This document shows positions 39,883 to 49,795 of a stretch of 56,569 nt of DNA, in pieces (position 1 is the stretch's first letter; every line of letters starts with the position of its first letter). Source of the stretch: Synechococcus sp. (GTDB taxonomy: Bacteria > Cyanobacteriota > Cyanobacteriia > PCC-6307 > Cyanobiaceae); the NCBI GenBank assembly GCA_012270465.1, contig JAAXIH010000103.1, positions 1-56,569 on the forward strand, read 5' to 3'. Made by a program: the position numbers and the translations under genes. The notes beneath the pieces were generated by a model. The model was given only the letters and a program-made list of their open reading frames with translations. It did not search any database and was not told where the DNA came from.

Positions 39883-41424
39883 ATGGCCCGTCTGGCTCTG
39901 CTGAGTGTGTCGAACAAAGAGGGGATTGAACCTCTGGCCCGCGCCCTGGTGGAACGCCATGGCTTCCAGCTGCTCTCCAGCGGCGGCACCGCGAAATGCC
40001 TGGCCGATGCAGGGCTCCCCGTCACCAAGGTGGCGGAACACACCGGAGCCCCCGAAATCCTGGGGGGCCGGGTCAAGACCCTGCACCCACGCATCCACGG
40101 CGGCATCTTGGGCCGCCCCAGCGAGCCGGCCGACCAGGCCGACATGGAGACCCAGAACATCCCTGCCATCGAGCTGGTGGTGGTGAATCTCTACCCGTTT
40201 GAAGCCACCATCGCCAAAGCCGGTGTGAGCTGGGATGAGGCCATCGAAAAAATCGACATCGGCGGACCGGCGATGGTGCGGGCTGCCGCCAAAAACCATG
40301 CCCACGTCAGCGTTTTAACCAGCCCTAACCAATACGAGCGAATTCTGAGCGCCCTTGATGCCGGGCCAGTCCCTGCCGAGCTGCGGCGCCAGCTCGCGCT
40401 CGAAGCCTTCCAGCACACCGCCGCCTACGACAGCGCCATCAGCACCTGGCTGGGCACCCAGTTGGAAGCCAATGCCGCAAGCCCCCAAACCCTGGCGGTG
40501 ACGCTGCCGCAACGGCAAACCTTGCGCTACGGAGAAAACCCCCATCAAGCGGCGGCTTGGTACAGCAGCACCGCGGGATGGGGCGGTGCCCAGCAGCTGC
40601 AGGGCAAAGAGCTCAGCTACAACAACCTGCTCGATCTCGATGCAGCCCAAGCCACGGTGGAGCGCTTCCCAGCCAGCGAAGGCGCAGCCGCTGTGGTGAT
40701 CAAACACACCAACCCCTGCGGCGTCGCCACGGGCCGTGATGCCAGCGATGCCCTGGCCCGGGCCATTGCCGCTGATCCCGTCTCGGCCTTTGGCGGCATC
40801 GTGGCCCTCAATCAGCCGCTGGATGGAGCTGCCTGCGCCAGCCTGCAAGGGCTGTTCCTCGAATGCATCGTGGCGCCGGAAATCACCGCCGAAGCACGCG
40901 AGATCCTCGCCAGCAAAAGCAATCTGCGGCTGCTGGAGCTGCCACCAGCCGCCTCAGCTGCCGCCACGCGGCAGCAACTGCGCTCGGTCTTAGGCGGCGT
41001 GCTGCTGCAGGAGCGGGATCAAATCAGCGACGACCACAACGCCTGGCAGGTGGTGAGCCAACGCCAACCCGATGCCGAGGAGATGGCTGATCTGCGCTTT
41101 GCTTGGCGTGTGGTGCGCCATGTGCGCTCCAACGCGATCGTGGTGGCCAAAGCCGGGCAAAGCCTGGGGGTTGGCGCCGGTCAGATGAATCGTGTGGGCT
41201 CAGCAGGCATTGCCCTTGATGCCGCGGGCGATCAAGCCAAAGGCGCCGTGCTCGCGAGCGATGGCTTCTTCCCCTTCGATGACACCGTCAAGCTGGCTGC
41301 TGAGCGGGGCATCCGCGCGGTGATCCAACCGGGAGGCAGCAAGCGCGACAGCGACTCCATTGCCGCCTGCGATGCCGCCGGGCTGGTGATGGTGACCACG
41401 GGCCGTCGCCATTTCCTGCACTGA
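39883..41424 (+). CDS. purH: Bifunctional AICAR formyltransferase/IMP cyclohydrolase
   Basis: GRVKTLHP, LRYGENPHQ, KHTNPCG and ASDGFFPF motifs. Confidence 0.97.
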   Translation: MARLALLSVSNKEGIEPLARALVERHGFQLLSSGGTAKCLADAGLPVTKVAEHTGAPEILGGRVKTLHPRIHGGILGRPSEPADQADMETQNIPAIELVVVNLYPFEATIAKAGVSWDEAIEKIDIGGPAMVRAAAKNHAHVSVLTSPNQYERILSALDAGPVPAELRRQLALEAFQHTAAYDSAISTWLGTQLEANAASPQTLAVTLPQRQTLRYGENPHQAAAWYSSTAGWGGAQQLQGKELSYNNLLDLDAAQATVERFPASEGAAAVVIKHTNPCGVATGRDASDALARAIAADPVSAFGGIVALNQPLDGAACASLQGLFLECIVAPEITAEAREILASKSNLRLLELPPAASAAATRQQLRSVLGGVLLQERDQISDDHNAWQVVSQRQPDAEEMADLRFAWRVVRHVRSNAIVVAKAGQSLGVGAGQMNRVGSAGIALDAAGDQAKGAVLASDGFFPFDDTVKLAAERGIRAVIQPGGSKRDSDSIAACDAAGLVMVTTGRRHFLH

Positions 41425-41473
41425 AGCGGAATCAGGCGACCCAGTAGCGTCGCTCCCATCGCACGCTGAGCCG

Positions 41474-41932
41474 ATGCCCGAGGCCCTGCTTTTCAATCTG
41501 AACTTCCTGCATCCCTTGCTGATGTGGGGCCTGCTGGCCGGTTCTGGCTATGCCCTCTTCCTTGGCATCAAGGCCAAGAAAACCCGCACTGCCTCCGCGG
41601 AAGACCGCAAGGAGCTGATCAAAGGCAAGTTTGCCCAACGCCATTACCTGATCGGCAGCGGTGTTCTGGCGGTGATGGTGCTGGGAACCCTGGGCGGCAT
41701 GGCCGTCACCTACCTGAACAACGGCAAGCTGTTTGTCAGTCCGCACCTGCTGGTGGGCTTGGGCATGACCGGGCTGATTGCCTTGGCAGCAGCCCTATCT
41801 CCTTTGATGCAGCGGGGCAACTTGATCGCCCGCAAAGCCCACGTGGGGCTGAACATGCTGGTGATGACCCTGTTCCTGTGGCAGGCCGTCAGCGGCATGC
41901 AGATCCTCAACAAGATCTGGACAAGCCAATAA
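41474..41932 (+). CDS. DUF4079 family membrane protein
   Basis: Four TM helices each carrying a His (HP, RH, PH, AH). Confidence 0.75.
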   Translation: MPEALLFNLNFLHPLLMWGLLAGSGYALFLGIKAKKTRTASAEDRKELIKGKFAQRHYLIGSGVLAVMVLGTLGGMAVTYLNNGKLFVSPHLLVGLGMTGLIALAAALSPLMQRGNLIARKAHVGLNMLVMTLFLWQAVSGMQILNKIWTSQ

Positions 41933-41935
41933 GAC

Positions 41936-42541
41936 TCAAAACAAAGCGCGCCGCCGCGGCGGGCAAGCCAGCCCGGCATGGGCGTGGAAGTCTTCCTGCA
42001 CCTTCCAGGTCAAACGGCGGGAGATCTGGCGAACGATCTGCCGCAAGAGGTGATCGCCACTGGACTGCACCAGGGCCTCGGGAAGCACGCCAATAAAAGC
42101 GGGCAAGCGAATCGCCACCGATAGATCCAGCTCCCACTGCACCAGGGTGTGCTGCTCTTGGGGGCAGAGCTCGAGGCTGGCCTGGAAATCAACGCTGTAG
42201 CCCTCATCGAGTGGCTGGGATGGCGGCAGCGTTTCGATGCGGTACACCCCTTGCTGCTGGGGCAGGAGTACCAAATCGATCTTGGGCTCTACCTCAAAAC
42301 CAAAGTTGCCGAATTTGCCGAGCTGGAGCCGGTAGGCGTTCACATCGAGGGGCTGCACCGTCATCGGTGCGGCGCAACGGGTGAACCACTCCTGATGCGC
42401 ATCGAGGTAGTCCGACACCGACGCCACAGGCGCCAGCATCTCCATCACATCGGAGAAATGGCTGCTGTAAGTCCGCAGGCAGGCCTCATCCACGCGGGGC
42501 TGTGACCTCTTGCTTTGGCGCCAAGCGAACGTGGCCGTCAT
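41936..42541 (-). CDS. DUF1997 family protein
   Basis: WFTRCAAPM, FGFEVEP and LTWKVQEDFH segments. Confidence 0.75.
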   Translation of the reverse strand: MTATFAWRQSKRSQPRVDEACLRTYSSHFSDVMEMLAPVASVSDYLDAHQEWFTRCAAPMTVQPLDVNAYRLQLGKFGNFGFEVEPKIDLVLLPQQQGVYRIETLPPSQPLDEGYSVDFQASLELCPQEQHTLVQWELDLSVAIRLPAFIGVLPEALVQSSGDHLLRQIVRQISRRLTWKVQEDFHAHAGLACPPRRRALF

Positions 42542-42582
42542 CCAGCTGCATAGGACCCATCACCGGCCAATGTAACGGAGCA

Positions 42583-43803
42583 TTAAGCAATCTCAGCGGC
42601 AATTTGGCCCGCTTCTGCCAACTGCAGCAGGCGGTCGATCACCCCCTCCACCACGCGGTCTGGCGTGGAGGCTCCAGAGGTAATGCCAATGCGCAAATCA
42701 CCCTCGGGCAAGAACGGCTCAAGGCGCTCGAGGTCCTGGCCGAGGGGCTTGTGCTCCACCACGTTGCCGGGGCCAATGCGCTCGGGGGCATCGATGTGCA
42801 CCGAGGGAATGCCGCGGCTCACGGCGATCTCCTGCAAGTGGGTGGTGTTGGAGGAGTTGTAACCACCAATCACCACCATCAAATCGAGTGGCTCATCCAC
42901 CAGGGAGAACATCGCGTCCTGACGCTCCTGGGTGGCATCACAGATGGTGTTGAAGGCCAGGAAGTGGTCATTGAGCTCAGCTGGCCCATAGCGCCGCAGC
43001 AAGGTGCGCTCAAACAGGCGACCGATGTCTTCGGTTTCGCGTTTCAACATCGTGGTCTGGTTGGCAACACCAATGCGCACCAGATCCCGGTCGGGATCAA
43101 AACCCGGTGAGGTGGCCCCAGCGAATCGCTTTAAGAAGTCCTCGCGATTGCCATTGCCAAGGATGTAGTCACACACCAACTGGGCCTCCTCAAGGTCCAG
43201 CACCACCAGATAGGTGCCGGCAAAGGAGCTGGTGGCCAAGGTCTCCTCGTGCTTCACCTTGCCGTGAATCACCGAGGTGAACGAATTTTTCTTGTGCCGC
43301 TCCACGCTGTTCCACACCTTGGACACCCAAGGGCAGGTGGTATCAACGATGTGGCAGCCACGCTCATTGAGCAGCTGCATCTCCTGCACCGTGGCGCCAA
43401 AGGCCGGCAGGATCACCACATCGCCGCTCTCCACAGCGGAGAAATCCTTGACCCCCTCTTCCACGGGGATGAACAAGACGTTCATCTCAACCAAGTGGGC
43501 GTTCACCGAGGGGTTGTGGATGATCTCGTTGGTGATCCAGATGCGCTCGGTGGGGTAGTGGCGGCGGGTCTCATAGGCAATGGCCACCGCGCGCTCGACC
43601 CCCCAGCAGAAACCAAAGGCTTCCGCCAAGCGAATCGTGACGCGCCCCTCGCGCAGCTCATAGCCGTTCTCACGGATGTTTTGGATCAGCTCGCTCTGGT
43701 AAGCCTGCTCAAGGCTTCCGGCCACCTCCTCGGCACGGCCAAAACCGCGGCGGTTGTAACGCTCGGAATGATGCAGCGATCGCTTGAAGGCGCGGGTGTC
43801 CAT
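42583..43803 (-). CDS. ispH: 4-hydroxy-3-methylbut-2-enyl diphosphate reductase
   Basis: [30 protein letters not shown] and SGASTP motifs. Confidence 0.97.
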   Translation of the reverse strand: MDTRAFKRSLHHSERYNRRGFGRAEEVAGSLEQAYQSELIQNIRENGYELREGRVTIRLAEAFGFCWGVERAVAIAYETRRHYPTERIWITNEIIHNPSVNAHLVEMNVLFIPVEEGVKDFSAVESGDVVILPAFGATVQEMQLLNERGCHIVDTTCPWVSKVWNSVERHKKNSFTSVIHGKVKHEETLATSSFAGTYLVVLDLEEAQLVCDYILGNGNREDFLKRFAGATSPGFDPDRDLVRIGVANQTTMLKRETEDIGRLFERTLLRRYGPAELNDHFLAFNTICDATQERQDAMFSLVDEPLDLMVVIGGYNSSNTTHLQEIAVSRGIPSVHIDAPERIGPGNVVEHKPLGQDLERLEPFLPEGDLRIGITSGASTPDRVVEGVIDRLLQLAEAGQIAAEIA

Positions 43804-43854
43804 GGCAGGGCGAAAACAGCACCGAGACGCCCAATCTATGGGCTGATCCCGGAC

Positions 43855-43883
43855 AAAAAAAAAGCACCCGCCTCAGCGGGTGC
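43855..43883 (-). terminator. Rho-independent terminator of amt1
   Basis: GCACCCGC-loop-GCGGGTGC hairpin followed on the minus strand by T9. Confidence 0.88.
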
Positions 43884-43905
43884 CGTGCGATGAGAGCTCA
43901 GGAGC

Positions 43906-45360
43906 TCACTTGGCCGAGGCGAAATCGGGATAGGCCTCCATGCCGTGCTCACCGATGTCGAGACCTTCGATCTCTTCGGATTCGGTCACACGGATGCCAC
44001 CAAAGATGGCGCCGATGATCTTCCAAACGATCCAGCAGGTGATGATCGTCCAGATGGCGTAAGCAGCACAACCGACGGCTTGGATGCCGAGTTGGCTGAT
44101 GCCACCGCCGTTGAACAGGCCCAGGCCGGCAGCGCCGGGATCCATGCCATCAACGCCCCACAGACCGATCACCAGGGTGCCCCACACGCCGCACACACCG
44201 TGCACGGAGAAGGCGCCAACGGGATCGTCGATACCAGAGGCATCGAGAGCGGACACAGCGAAGACGACGATGATGCCGCCGACGGCACCAGCAACCCAGG
44301 AACCCACCAGGGTCATGTTTCCGCAACCTGCGGTGATGCTCACCAGACCGGCCAGGATGCCGTTGATGATCATCGTCAGGTCGGGCTTACCGGAGGTCAG
44401 GGTGGAGACGATGGTGGCAGCGATGGCGCCACCAGCAGCAGCCAAGGTGGTGGTCACAGCCACGTAAGGCACGTACTGGTCCATGGCCAGCTCGGAACCG
44501 GGGTTGAAGCCGTACCAGCCGATCCACAGGATCAGAGCGCCGAGGGTGGCGATGGCCATGTTGTGGCCAGGGATGGCCTGAGGGCGGCCATCAACGAACT
44601 TGCCGATGCGGGGGCCAAGCAGCATGGCTCCAACCAGGCCAGCCCAGGCACCAACGGAGTGAACGATGGAGGAACCAGCGAAGTCGATGAAACCGAGCTC
44701 GCTCAGCCAACCACCGTTCCACTGCCAGGAACCGGAAATGGGGTAGATGACAGCGGTGAGCACCAGGGCGAACACCACGAATTCGCCGAACTTGACGCGC
44801 TCAGCCACCAGACCGGAAACGATGGTGGCGGCGGTGCCGGCGAAAGCAGCCTGGAAGAGGAAATCAACAGTCGGGACGAGAGACGCCTCGGTGATCATTT
44901 CCGGGGTGACCGCTGGATCAAAGAAGAGACCAGCGAAATAGAACCAGCCGTTGTCGCCGTTGCCGTACATCAGCGAATAGCCGATGAACCAGTAGGCCGT
45001 CACGGCCAGGGCGAACACAAACAGGTTCTTGGCGAGAATGTTGACCGCGTTTTTCTGACGGCACATCCCTGCTTCGACCATGGCGAAGCCGGCGTTCATG
45101 AAGATCACCAGGATCGTTGCGATGAACAGCCAAAGGTTGTTGGCCAGAAATGCAGCGTTGAGCTCAGGCATCTCGGCAGCTTTGGCCGAGAGGTTGAACA
45201 AGCCCAGACCGAACAGCGCCACGGGGACGCAAGCCAGCCAGGTCAAAGAACGGTTGGAGGACAGGCCACGGAACTGATTGAGCATCACCTGGGGTGCTTC
45301 AAGCAGGGTTGCCTCCCTCAAAGTCCGCGGCACAGACCGCGGCAGAGGAGATGCAGTCAT
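43906..45360 (-). CDS. amt1: Ammonium transporter
   Basis: GFAMVEAG, DFAGSSIVH, GWYGFNPGS and DDPVGAFSVH motifs. Confidence 0.96.
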   Translation of the reverse strand: MTASPLPRSVPRTLREATLLEAPQVMLNQFRGLSSNRSLTWLACVPVALFGLGLFNLSAKAAEMPELNAAFLANNLWLFIATILVIFMNAGFAMVEAGMCRQKNAVNILAKNLFVFALAVTAYWFIGYSLMYGNGDNGWFYFAGLFFDPAVTPEMITEASLVPTVDFLFQAAFAGTAATIVSGLVAERVKFGEFVVFALVLTAVIYPISGSWQWNGGWLSELGFIDFAGSSIVHSVGAWAGLVGAMLLGPRIGKFVDGRPQAIPGHNMAIATLGALILWIGWYGFNPGSELAMDQYVPYVAVTTTLAAAGGAIAATIVSTLTSGKPDLTMIINGILAGLVSITAGCGNMTLVGSWVAGAVGGIIVVFAVSALDASGIDDPVGAFSVHGVCGVWGTLVIGLWGVDGMDPGAAGLGLFNGGGISQLGIQAVGCAAYAIWTIITCWIVWKIIGAIFGGIRVTESEEIEGLDIGEHGMEAYPDFASAK

Positions 45361-45432
45361 AAAGAACGCAAGCAGTCAGAAGGGCGGGAATCCGCCATAC
45401 GCCAAATGTTGCGTCGCGAACAGTCCACTCAC

Positions 45433-45448
45433 TGTTCGCATTGATACA
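45433..45448 (-). promoter_or_regulatory. NtcA-like binding site upstream of amt1
   Basis: Minus strand TGTATCAATGCGAACA = GTA-N8-AAC, one mismatch to GTA-N8-TAC, about 75 nt above the amt1 start. Confidence 0.65.
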
Positions 45449-45604
45449 AAACAAGAATTTAAGGTTTTCCTTAGGTCAGTCCAGACCTGGTTTGTCGCCG
45501 GCGAAAGTTTACGGAGATACATATTTATGAGCACACGAAGAACAATCGAGTGAAATGTTCACTATGAACATCACTTTTACGATATACATGTAGCGGAAAG
45601 ACAA

Positions 45605-45670
45605 AACGTTGGAAGTGCCGGCTCGGGCCGCAGCACTTGGAAGTAGCCCCCCGCATGGCGAAGCAACGCT
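45605..45670 (+). ncRNA. Glutamine riboswitch (glnA RNA motif, class I)
   Basis: P1 CGTTG/CAACG, P2 AAGTGC/GCACTT, then GGAAGTA and the E-loop stem closed by GAAGCAACG; directly upstream of DUF4278. Confidence 0.88.
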
Positions 45671-45711
45671 CTTTCCCCTGAAGCGGATACCCCCACTTCG
45701 AGGCCCGATCC

Positions 45712-45924
45712 ATGACCAAACTCCAATTCCACGGCGTCGCTTACGACTCCGCCAGCCACGAGCAACCCTCCGGCAACCCGGTTCAGCACACCTACCGCGG
45801 CCAGCGCTTTGATGCGCCTCTGCGCCATGACGCTGCCCCCGTGCAGCCCACCAAGCTCTCCTATCGCGGCCAGGTGTATCAGCGCCGCAGCGCCGCAGCT
45901 GCCGCCCAGGCGAACGCCAACTGA
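45712..45924 (+). CDS. DUF4278 family small protein
   Basis: Repeated FHGVAY / TYRGQRF / SYRGQVY motifs; downstream of the glutamine riboswitch. Confidence 0.87.
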   Translation: MTKLQFHGVAYDSASHEQPSGNPVQHTYRGQRFDAPLRHDAAPVQPTKLSYRGQVYQRRSAAAAAQANAN

Positions 45925-45969
45925 GACAGCCAATTCGGCCGTTTGTGCCGGTTGCTACTTCGGATGTCT

Positions 45970-46004
45970 GCTCCTGAGACCTGAATGGGTCCAGGAGCTT
46001 TTTT
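45970..46004 (+). terminator. Rho-independent terminator downstream of DUF4278
   Basis: GCTCCTG-AGACC...GGTC-CAGGAGC hairpin followed by T6. Confidence 0.75.
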
Positions 46005-46029
46005 GTGCGTGGACCTTCTCCTGGCCCCC

Positions 46030-46263
46030 ATGGAATCCACCAATCGCCTGGTTCCGGCATCGGCGATGGGCATGCTTTGGTTGCAGACCCACTTCGAGGA
46101 TGAGCATTGGGATGAGCTCAGCCGCGGTCTGGTCTCACTCTCACCAAGCTGCAGCGAAAGCCTGATTGCCGATGCCCTCGAAGCCGGCTTGAAGGTCAAT
46201 CGGATTCCGTCCTTTGTACAGGCAGCACTCCCTCAAAGCGAACAGCGTCAACCGCAAAGCTGA
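46030..46263 (+). CDS. Small hypothetical protein (77 aa)
   Basis: GMLWLQTHFEDEHW segment resembles a picocyanobacterial hypothetical family (from recall); ATG 46030. Confidence 0.65.
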   Translation: MESTNRLVPASAMGMLWLQTHFEDEHWDELSRGLVSLSPSCSESLIADALEAGLKVNRIPSFVQAALPQSEQRQPQS

Positions 46264-46945
46264 ACTGGCAGGGCAGCACTTCAACGCCTGCATCGATGGC
46301 TTGGCGGAACAGTTCCCCGTAACGCGGATCAGCACTATCGCCGGGTGCAAAACGCTTCACATCAGAGCGGCTCACGCAGGGAATCAACACCGCTCTGGCT
46401 TCCGGCAAAACATGCATCAATTCCTCGAGGTGTTTCTGCCCCCGCTCGGTCACCGTGTCGGGGAAGAGGGCTAGATCCTCCGCACTCCAGGTGGTGTTTT
46501 TGATTTCCACATAAATCGGCCGTTGGTCGTTGGCCTCGGGAGCCGGCTGCAGCAACAGATCGATGCGGCTACGCCGTTCACGGCCATAGGTGACCTCAGC
46601 GCGCACGCTGGCGACAGGCCCCAACCACGGCTCGAGCAGCCCCGCCTCAATGGTGGCGCGCAATAAACGATTGGGCAGGGCTGTGTTGACACCAACCCAG
46701 CCACCATCGGCTGGCATCTCGGCCTGCTCCCAGGTGTAGGCCAACTTGCGCTTGGGCGACGGGTCATGCCGCACCCGCACTCGGCCGCCGGGGTGCAGCA
46801 CCCCGGTCATTGGACCGGTATTGGCGCAATGGGCGGTGACCAGCTCTCCGCTGGCGAGCTCCACCTCCGAGAGGAATCGCTTCCAGCGCCGCTGCAGCAC
46901 CCCCTCCAGCAGGGGCTCAAAGCGCAAGACCTCGATAGACGGCAT
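46196..46945 (-). CDS. sfsA: DNA/RNA nuclease SfsA
   Basis: RWKRFL, HCANTGPM, EIKNTT and FPDTVTERGQKHL motifs. Confidence 0.93.
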   Translation of the reverse strand: MPSIEVLRFEPLLEGVLQRRWKRFLSEVELASGELVTAHCANTGPMTGVLHPGGRVRVRHDPSPKRKLAYTWEQAEMPADGGWVGVNTALPNRLLRATIEAGLLEPWLGPVASVRAEVTYGRERRSRIDLLLQPAPEANDQRPIYVEIKNTTWSAEDLALFPDTVTERGQKHLEELMHVLPEARAVLIPCVSRSDVKRFAPGDSADPRYGELFRQAIDAGVEVLPCQFSFAVDAVRFEGVLPVQRTESD

Positions 46946-47029
46946 CAGGGCAGGCAAGCGACCGGGCCATGGTGACTGATCAACAGCGGCAAGGTCCCCC
47001 ACAATCAGCTCTGCATGGGGCGACCACCA

Positions 47030-48664
47030 ATGGCTGAAGCCTCCCGCGGCAGCGGCGGCAATCTCCGCCGCATCGCCATGTTGGTGGCGGTCGCCACAGC
47101 CCTCAGCAAGCTGGCGGGACTGTTTCGCCAGCAAGCCATCGCAGCGGCCTTTGGTGTGGGCGCCGCCTACGACGCGTTCAACTACGCCTATGTGCTGCCG
47201 GGGTTTTTGCTGATCCTGCTGGGCGGCATCAACGGTCCGTTTCACAGCGCCATGGTCAGCGTCATGGCCAAACGGGAGCGGCAAGACAGCGCCCAGCTGC
47301 TAGCCGCCATCAACACCTTGGTGGGCCTTGGGCTGCTGGTGGTCACGTTGCTGCTGGTGCTGCTGGCCAACCCCTTGATCACCCTGGTGGGACCAGGGCT
47401 CGATCCTGAATTGCATGCCTTGGCGGTGCTGCAGCTGCGGCTGATGGCCCCCATGGCCTTGCTGGCCGGCCTGATTGGCCTGGGCTTCGGCGCTCTCAAC
47501 GCAGCTGATGTGTATTGGCTGCCGGCCATTAGCCCACTGCTCTCCAGCCTGGCGGTGCTGATTGGTTTGGCTCTGCTGTGGCTGCAGGCGGGGGCTGCCA
47601 TCGGCACAGCCACATGGGCCTGGGCCGGAGCCGCCGTGCTGGCGATCAGCACCCTGGCGGGCGCCCTGCTGCAGTGGCTGGTGCAACTGCCAGCGCTGGC
47701 AAAACAGGGCTTAGGGCAACTGCGGCTGAACTTTCACTGGCGGCAGGCTGGCGTTCGCGAGGTGCTGCAGGTGATGTGGCCCGCCACGCTCTCCTCCGGG
47801 ATGCTGCAGATCAATGTCTATACCGATCTGTTTTTCGCCAGTGGCATCGCTGGAGCCGCGGCCGGCTTGGGATATGCCGGGCTGCTGGTGCAAACCCCCC
47901 TGGGCATTCTTTCCAACATGCTCTTGGTGCCGTTGCTGCCGGTCTTCGCGCGGCTGAGTGCACCGGAGCAGCGCACCGAACTGATTGCCCGCATCCGCCA
48001 GGGGGTAATGCTCAGCAACGCCAGCATGCTGCCGCTGGGGGCGCTGATGGTCGCCCTGGCGGCTCCGATCGTGGCGCTGGTTTATGAGCGCGGCAGCTTT
48101 GACGCCGCTGCAGCCCAATTGGTGGTCGGAATCCTGATGGCCTATGGCCTGGGCATGCCGGCCTATCTGGCGCGCGATGTGTTGGTGCGGGTCTTCTACG
48201 CCTTGGGCGATGGGCAAACCCCCTTCCGCATCTCCGTGGCCGGGATTGGCCTGAATGTGGGTTTCGACTGGCTGTTGGTGGGAGGACCCAGCCCCAGCGG
48301 ACTGATGGTGCCGGCCCTCAATGCCGGGGCCCCTGGCCTGGTGCTGGCCACGGTGGCCGTCAATGTGATCACGTGCCTGGTGCTGCTGCTGGCGCTGCAA
48401 CACAAGCTGGGGCGGCTACCCCTGCAGATCTGGGGCCGCGACAGCCTGCTGCTCACCCTCGCAGCGCTGGTTGCCGGCGTAATCGCCTGGGCGATGGCGC
48501 AATGGATTCAGTGGCCGAGCGATCTACTGGGCTTGGCTTTGCAGGTAGCGCTCTGCGGTGGGGTGGGGGCTGGGCTCTACGGACTGCTGGCCAGCAGTTT
48601 TGGGGTTCCAGAAGCCCGCCAACTCAGCCGTCAGCTGTTAGCGAAGCTGCCAGGAGTTAGTTGA
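47030..48664 (+). CDS. murJ: Lipid II flippase MurJ (MviN)
   Basis: AAAFGVG..DAF, LGGINGPFHSA, LVYERGSF and RVFYALGD motifs. Confidence 0.93.
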   Translation: MAEASRGSGGNLRRIAMLVAVATALSKLAGLFRQQAIAAAFGVGAAYDAFNYAYVLPGFLLILLGGINGPFHSAMVSVMAKRERQDSAQLLAAINTLVGLGLLVVTLLLVLLANPLITLVGPGLDPELHALAVLQLRLMAPMALLAGLIGLGFGALNAADVYWLPAISPLLSSLAVLIGLALLWLQAGAAIGTATWAWAGAAVLAISTLAGALLQWLVQLPALAKQGLGQLRLNFHWRQAGVREVLQVMWPATLSSGMLQINVYTDLFFASGIAGAAAGLGYAGLLVQTPLGILSNMLLVPLLPVFARLSAPEQRTELIARIRQGVMLSNASMLPLGALMVALAAPIVALVYERGSFDAAAAQLVVGILMAYGLGMPAYLARDVLVRVFYALGDGQTPFRISVAGIGLNVGFDWLLVGGPSPSGLMVPALNAGAPGLVLATVAVNVITCLVLLLALQHKLGRLPLQIWGRDSLLLTLAALVAGVIAWAMAQWIQWPSDLLGLALQVALCGGVGAGLYGLLASSFGVPEARQLSRQLLAKLPGVS

Positions 48665-48908
48665 CCGTGCGTTGATCGCGCACGTGCACCGGCACTTCCA
48701 TATGGCTGCGGCCCACCATCGCTGGTCCGTCAACAGAGAAGATCCGCGCTTCGATGCCGAATTCGCGGAAGTTTTTTTCCAGCTCTTGCAGCAGAGCCTT
48801 CTCCACTTGGGCCTCGGCATCCACAACGGTGCCAATCAGCCGCTCACCAAGACGACCCACCCGTTGACGCACGACCTCGCGCGAATTGGTGACCTCAATC
48901 ACGATCAT
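48657..48908 (-). CDS. Small hypothetical protein
   Basis: MIVIEVTNSREVVRQR...; 83 aa; co-oriented with its neighbours. Confidence 0.65.
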   Translation of the reverse strand: MIVIEVTNSREVVRQRVGRLGERLIGTVVDAEAQVEKALLQELEKNFREFGIEARIFSVDGPAMVGRSHMEVPVHVRDQRTVN

Positions 48909-48958
48909 CCGAGGCCAGCGCAGCGGGTACCCCAGTATCGCCTGTTCCCGCAACGGGT

Positions 48959-49252
48959 TCAGGAACTGAAAGATTCGAGGATGTCCTCCAGGTCAATGAG
49001 TTGCCCCGGTGGGATCAACCGCGAGAGGGGCAACTTGGTGCTGCCGCCGCCCACAGGCACCTGCAGCCGCTCCAAGCCCTGCCGCGCCGCCACCGCCGGC
49101 CCTTGATCCAGCAAGCCGGCCAGCTCTTCGGCCAAGGGGCGCGCCAACTTGGCATCACCGAGATAGAGATGCCAGCCCGCCACTTGCACATACAGCCGCT
49201 CAGCGAGCGCTTGGCTCAATTCATCCAACTGCGCCGATGACAACGTCATCAC
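48959..49252 (-). CDS. DUF3181 family protein
   Basis: YVQVAGWHLYLGDAKL and VPVGGG..LPL motifs. Confidence 0.8.
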   Translation of the reverse strand: MMTLSSAQLDELSQALAERLYVQVAGWHLYLGDAKLARPLAEELAGLLDQGPAVAARQGLERLQVPVGGGSTKLPLSRLIPPGQLIDLEDILESFSS

Positions 49253-49273
49253 AGAACTCGCTCTGCTGGTGTT

Positions 49274-49504
49274 TTAGCGGCGCCGCGCCAACACCCACAC
49301 CACATGCACTGCTAGTGCCACCGCCCACAGCCCGGTTAACCAGGGGAGCTGGGGGAAAAAGCCCGGCTTGAGCCCATGCCACACCCAGAGGCCGCTATTG
49401 AACGCCGCAAAAGCGGCCGTGTGCACAGCCAAATTGATCAGCTGCTCCAGCTTTTGGTAGTCCGGATCCTCAGGATCCGGCGGCCGCGTAATCACCAGGG
49501 GCAT
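49274..49504 (-). CDS. 2TM domain small membrane protein
   Basis: PDPEDPDY..INLAVH..FNSGLW; two TM segments. Confidence 0.72.
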   Translation of the reverse strand: MPLVITRPPDPEDPDYQKLEQLINLAVHTAAFAAFNSGLWVWHGLKPGFFPQLPWLTGLWAVALAVHVVWVLARRR

Positions 49505-49592
49505 GAGCCCGTCTGCGCAGAACCTTCATTCTGTGGCTCGAGCGGAAGGCTTGACGGATGTCCAGTCGAGCTGGGCAGAATGGATGGCTCAA

Positions 49593-49666
49593 GCGCTTGT
49601 AGCTCAGCGGATTAGAGCATCTGACTACGGATCAGAGGGTCGGGAGTTCGAATCTCTCCAGGCGCG
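49593..49666 (+). tRNA. tRNA-Arg (ACG)
   Basis: GCGCTTG/CAGGCGC acceptor stem, TCTGA-CTACGGA-TCAGA anticodon arm, GTTCGAATC T loop. Confidence 0.96.
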
Positions 49667-49681
49667 CCTTCATCAGAAACC

Positions 49682-49710
49682 AAAAGCCGCCTCCGGGCGG
49701 TTTTTTTTTG
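49682..49710 (+). terminator. Rho-independent terminator after tRNA-Arg
   Basis: AAAAGCCGCC-TCCG-GGCGGTTTTTTTT. Confidence 0.88.
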
Positions 49711-49795
49711 GTTCCATCAACTGAAACCACCGGTTCTTACGATTCAAGGACCGCCCACGTCCCTTTTTCTGCATCGCCAGTGACTGAGCCGACCA

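Noticed and set aside
43945-45444. 499-aa ORF antisense to amt1, and similar long antisense ORFs such as 5606-6604, 10017-11141 and 32086-33234
   Set aside because: Shadow ORFs caused by high-GC codon bias of well-identified genes on the opposite strand; no protein motifs.
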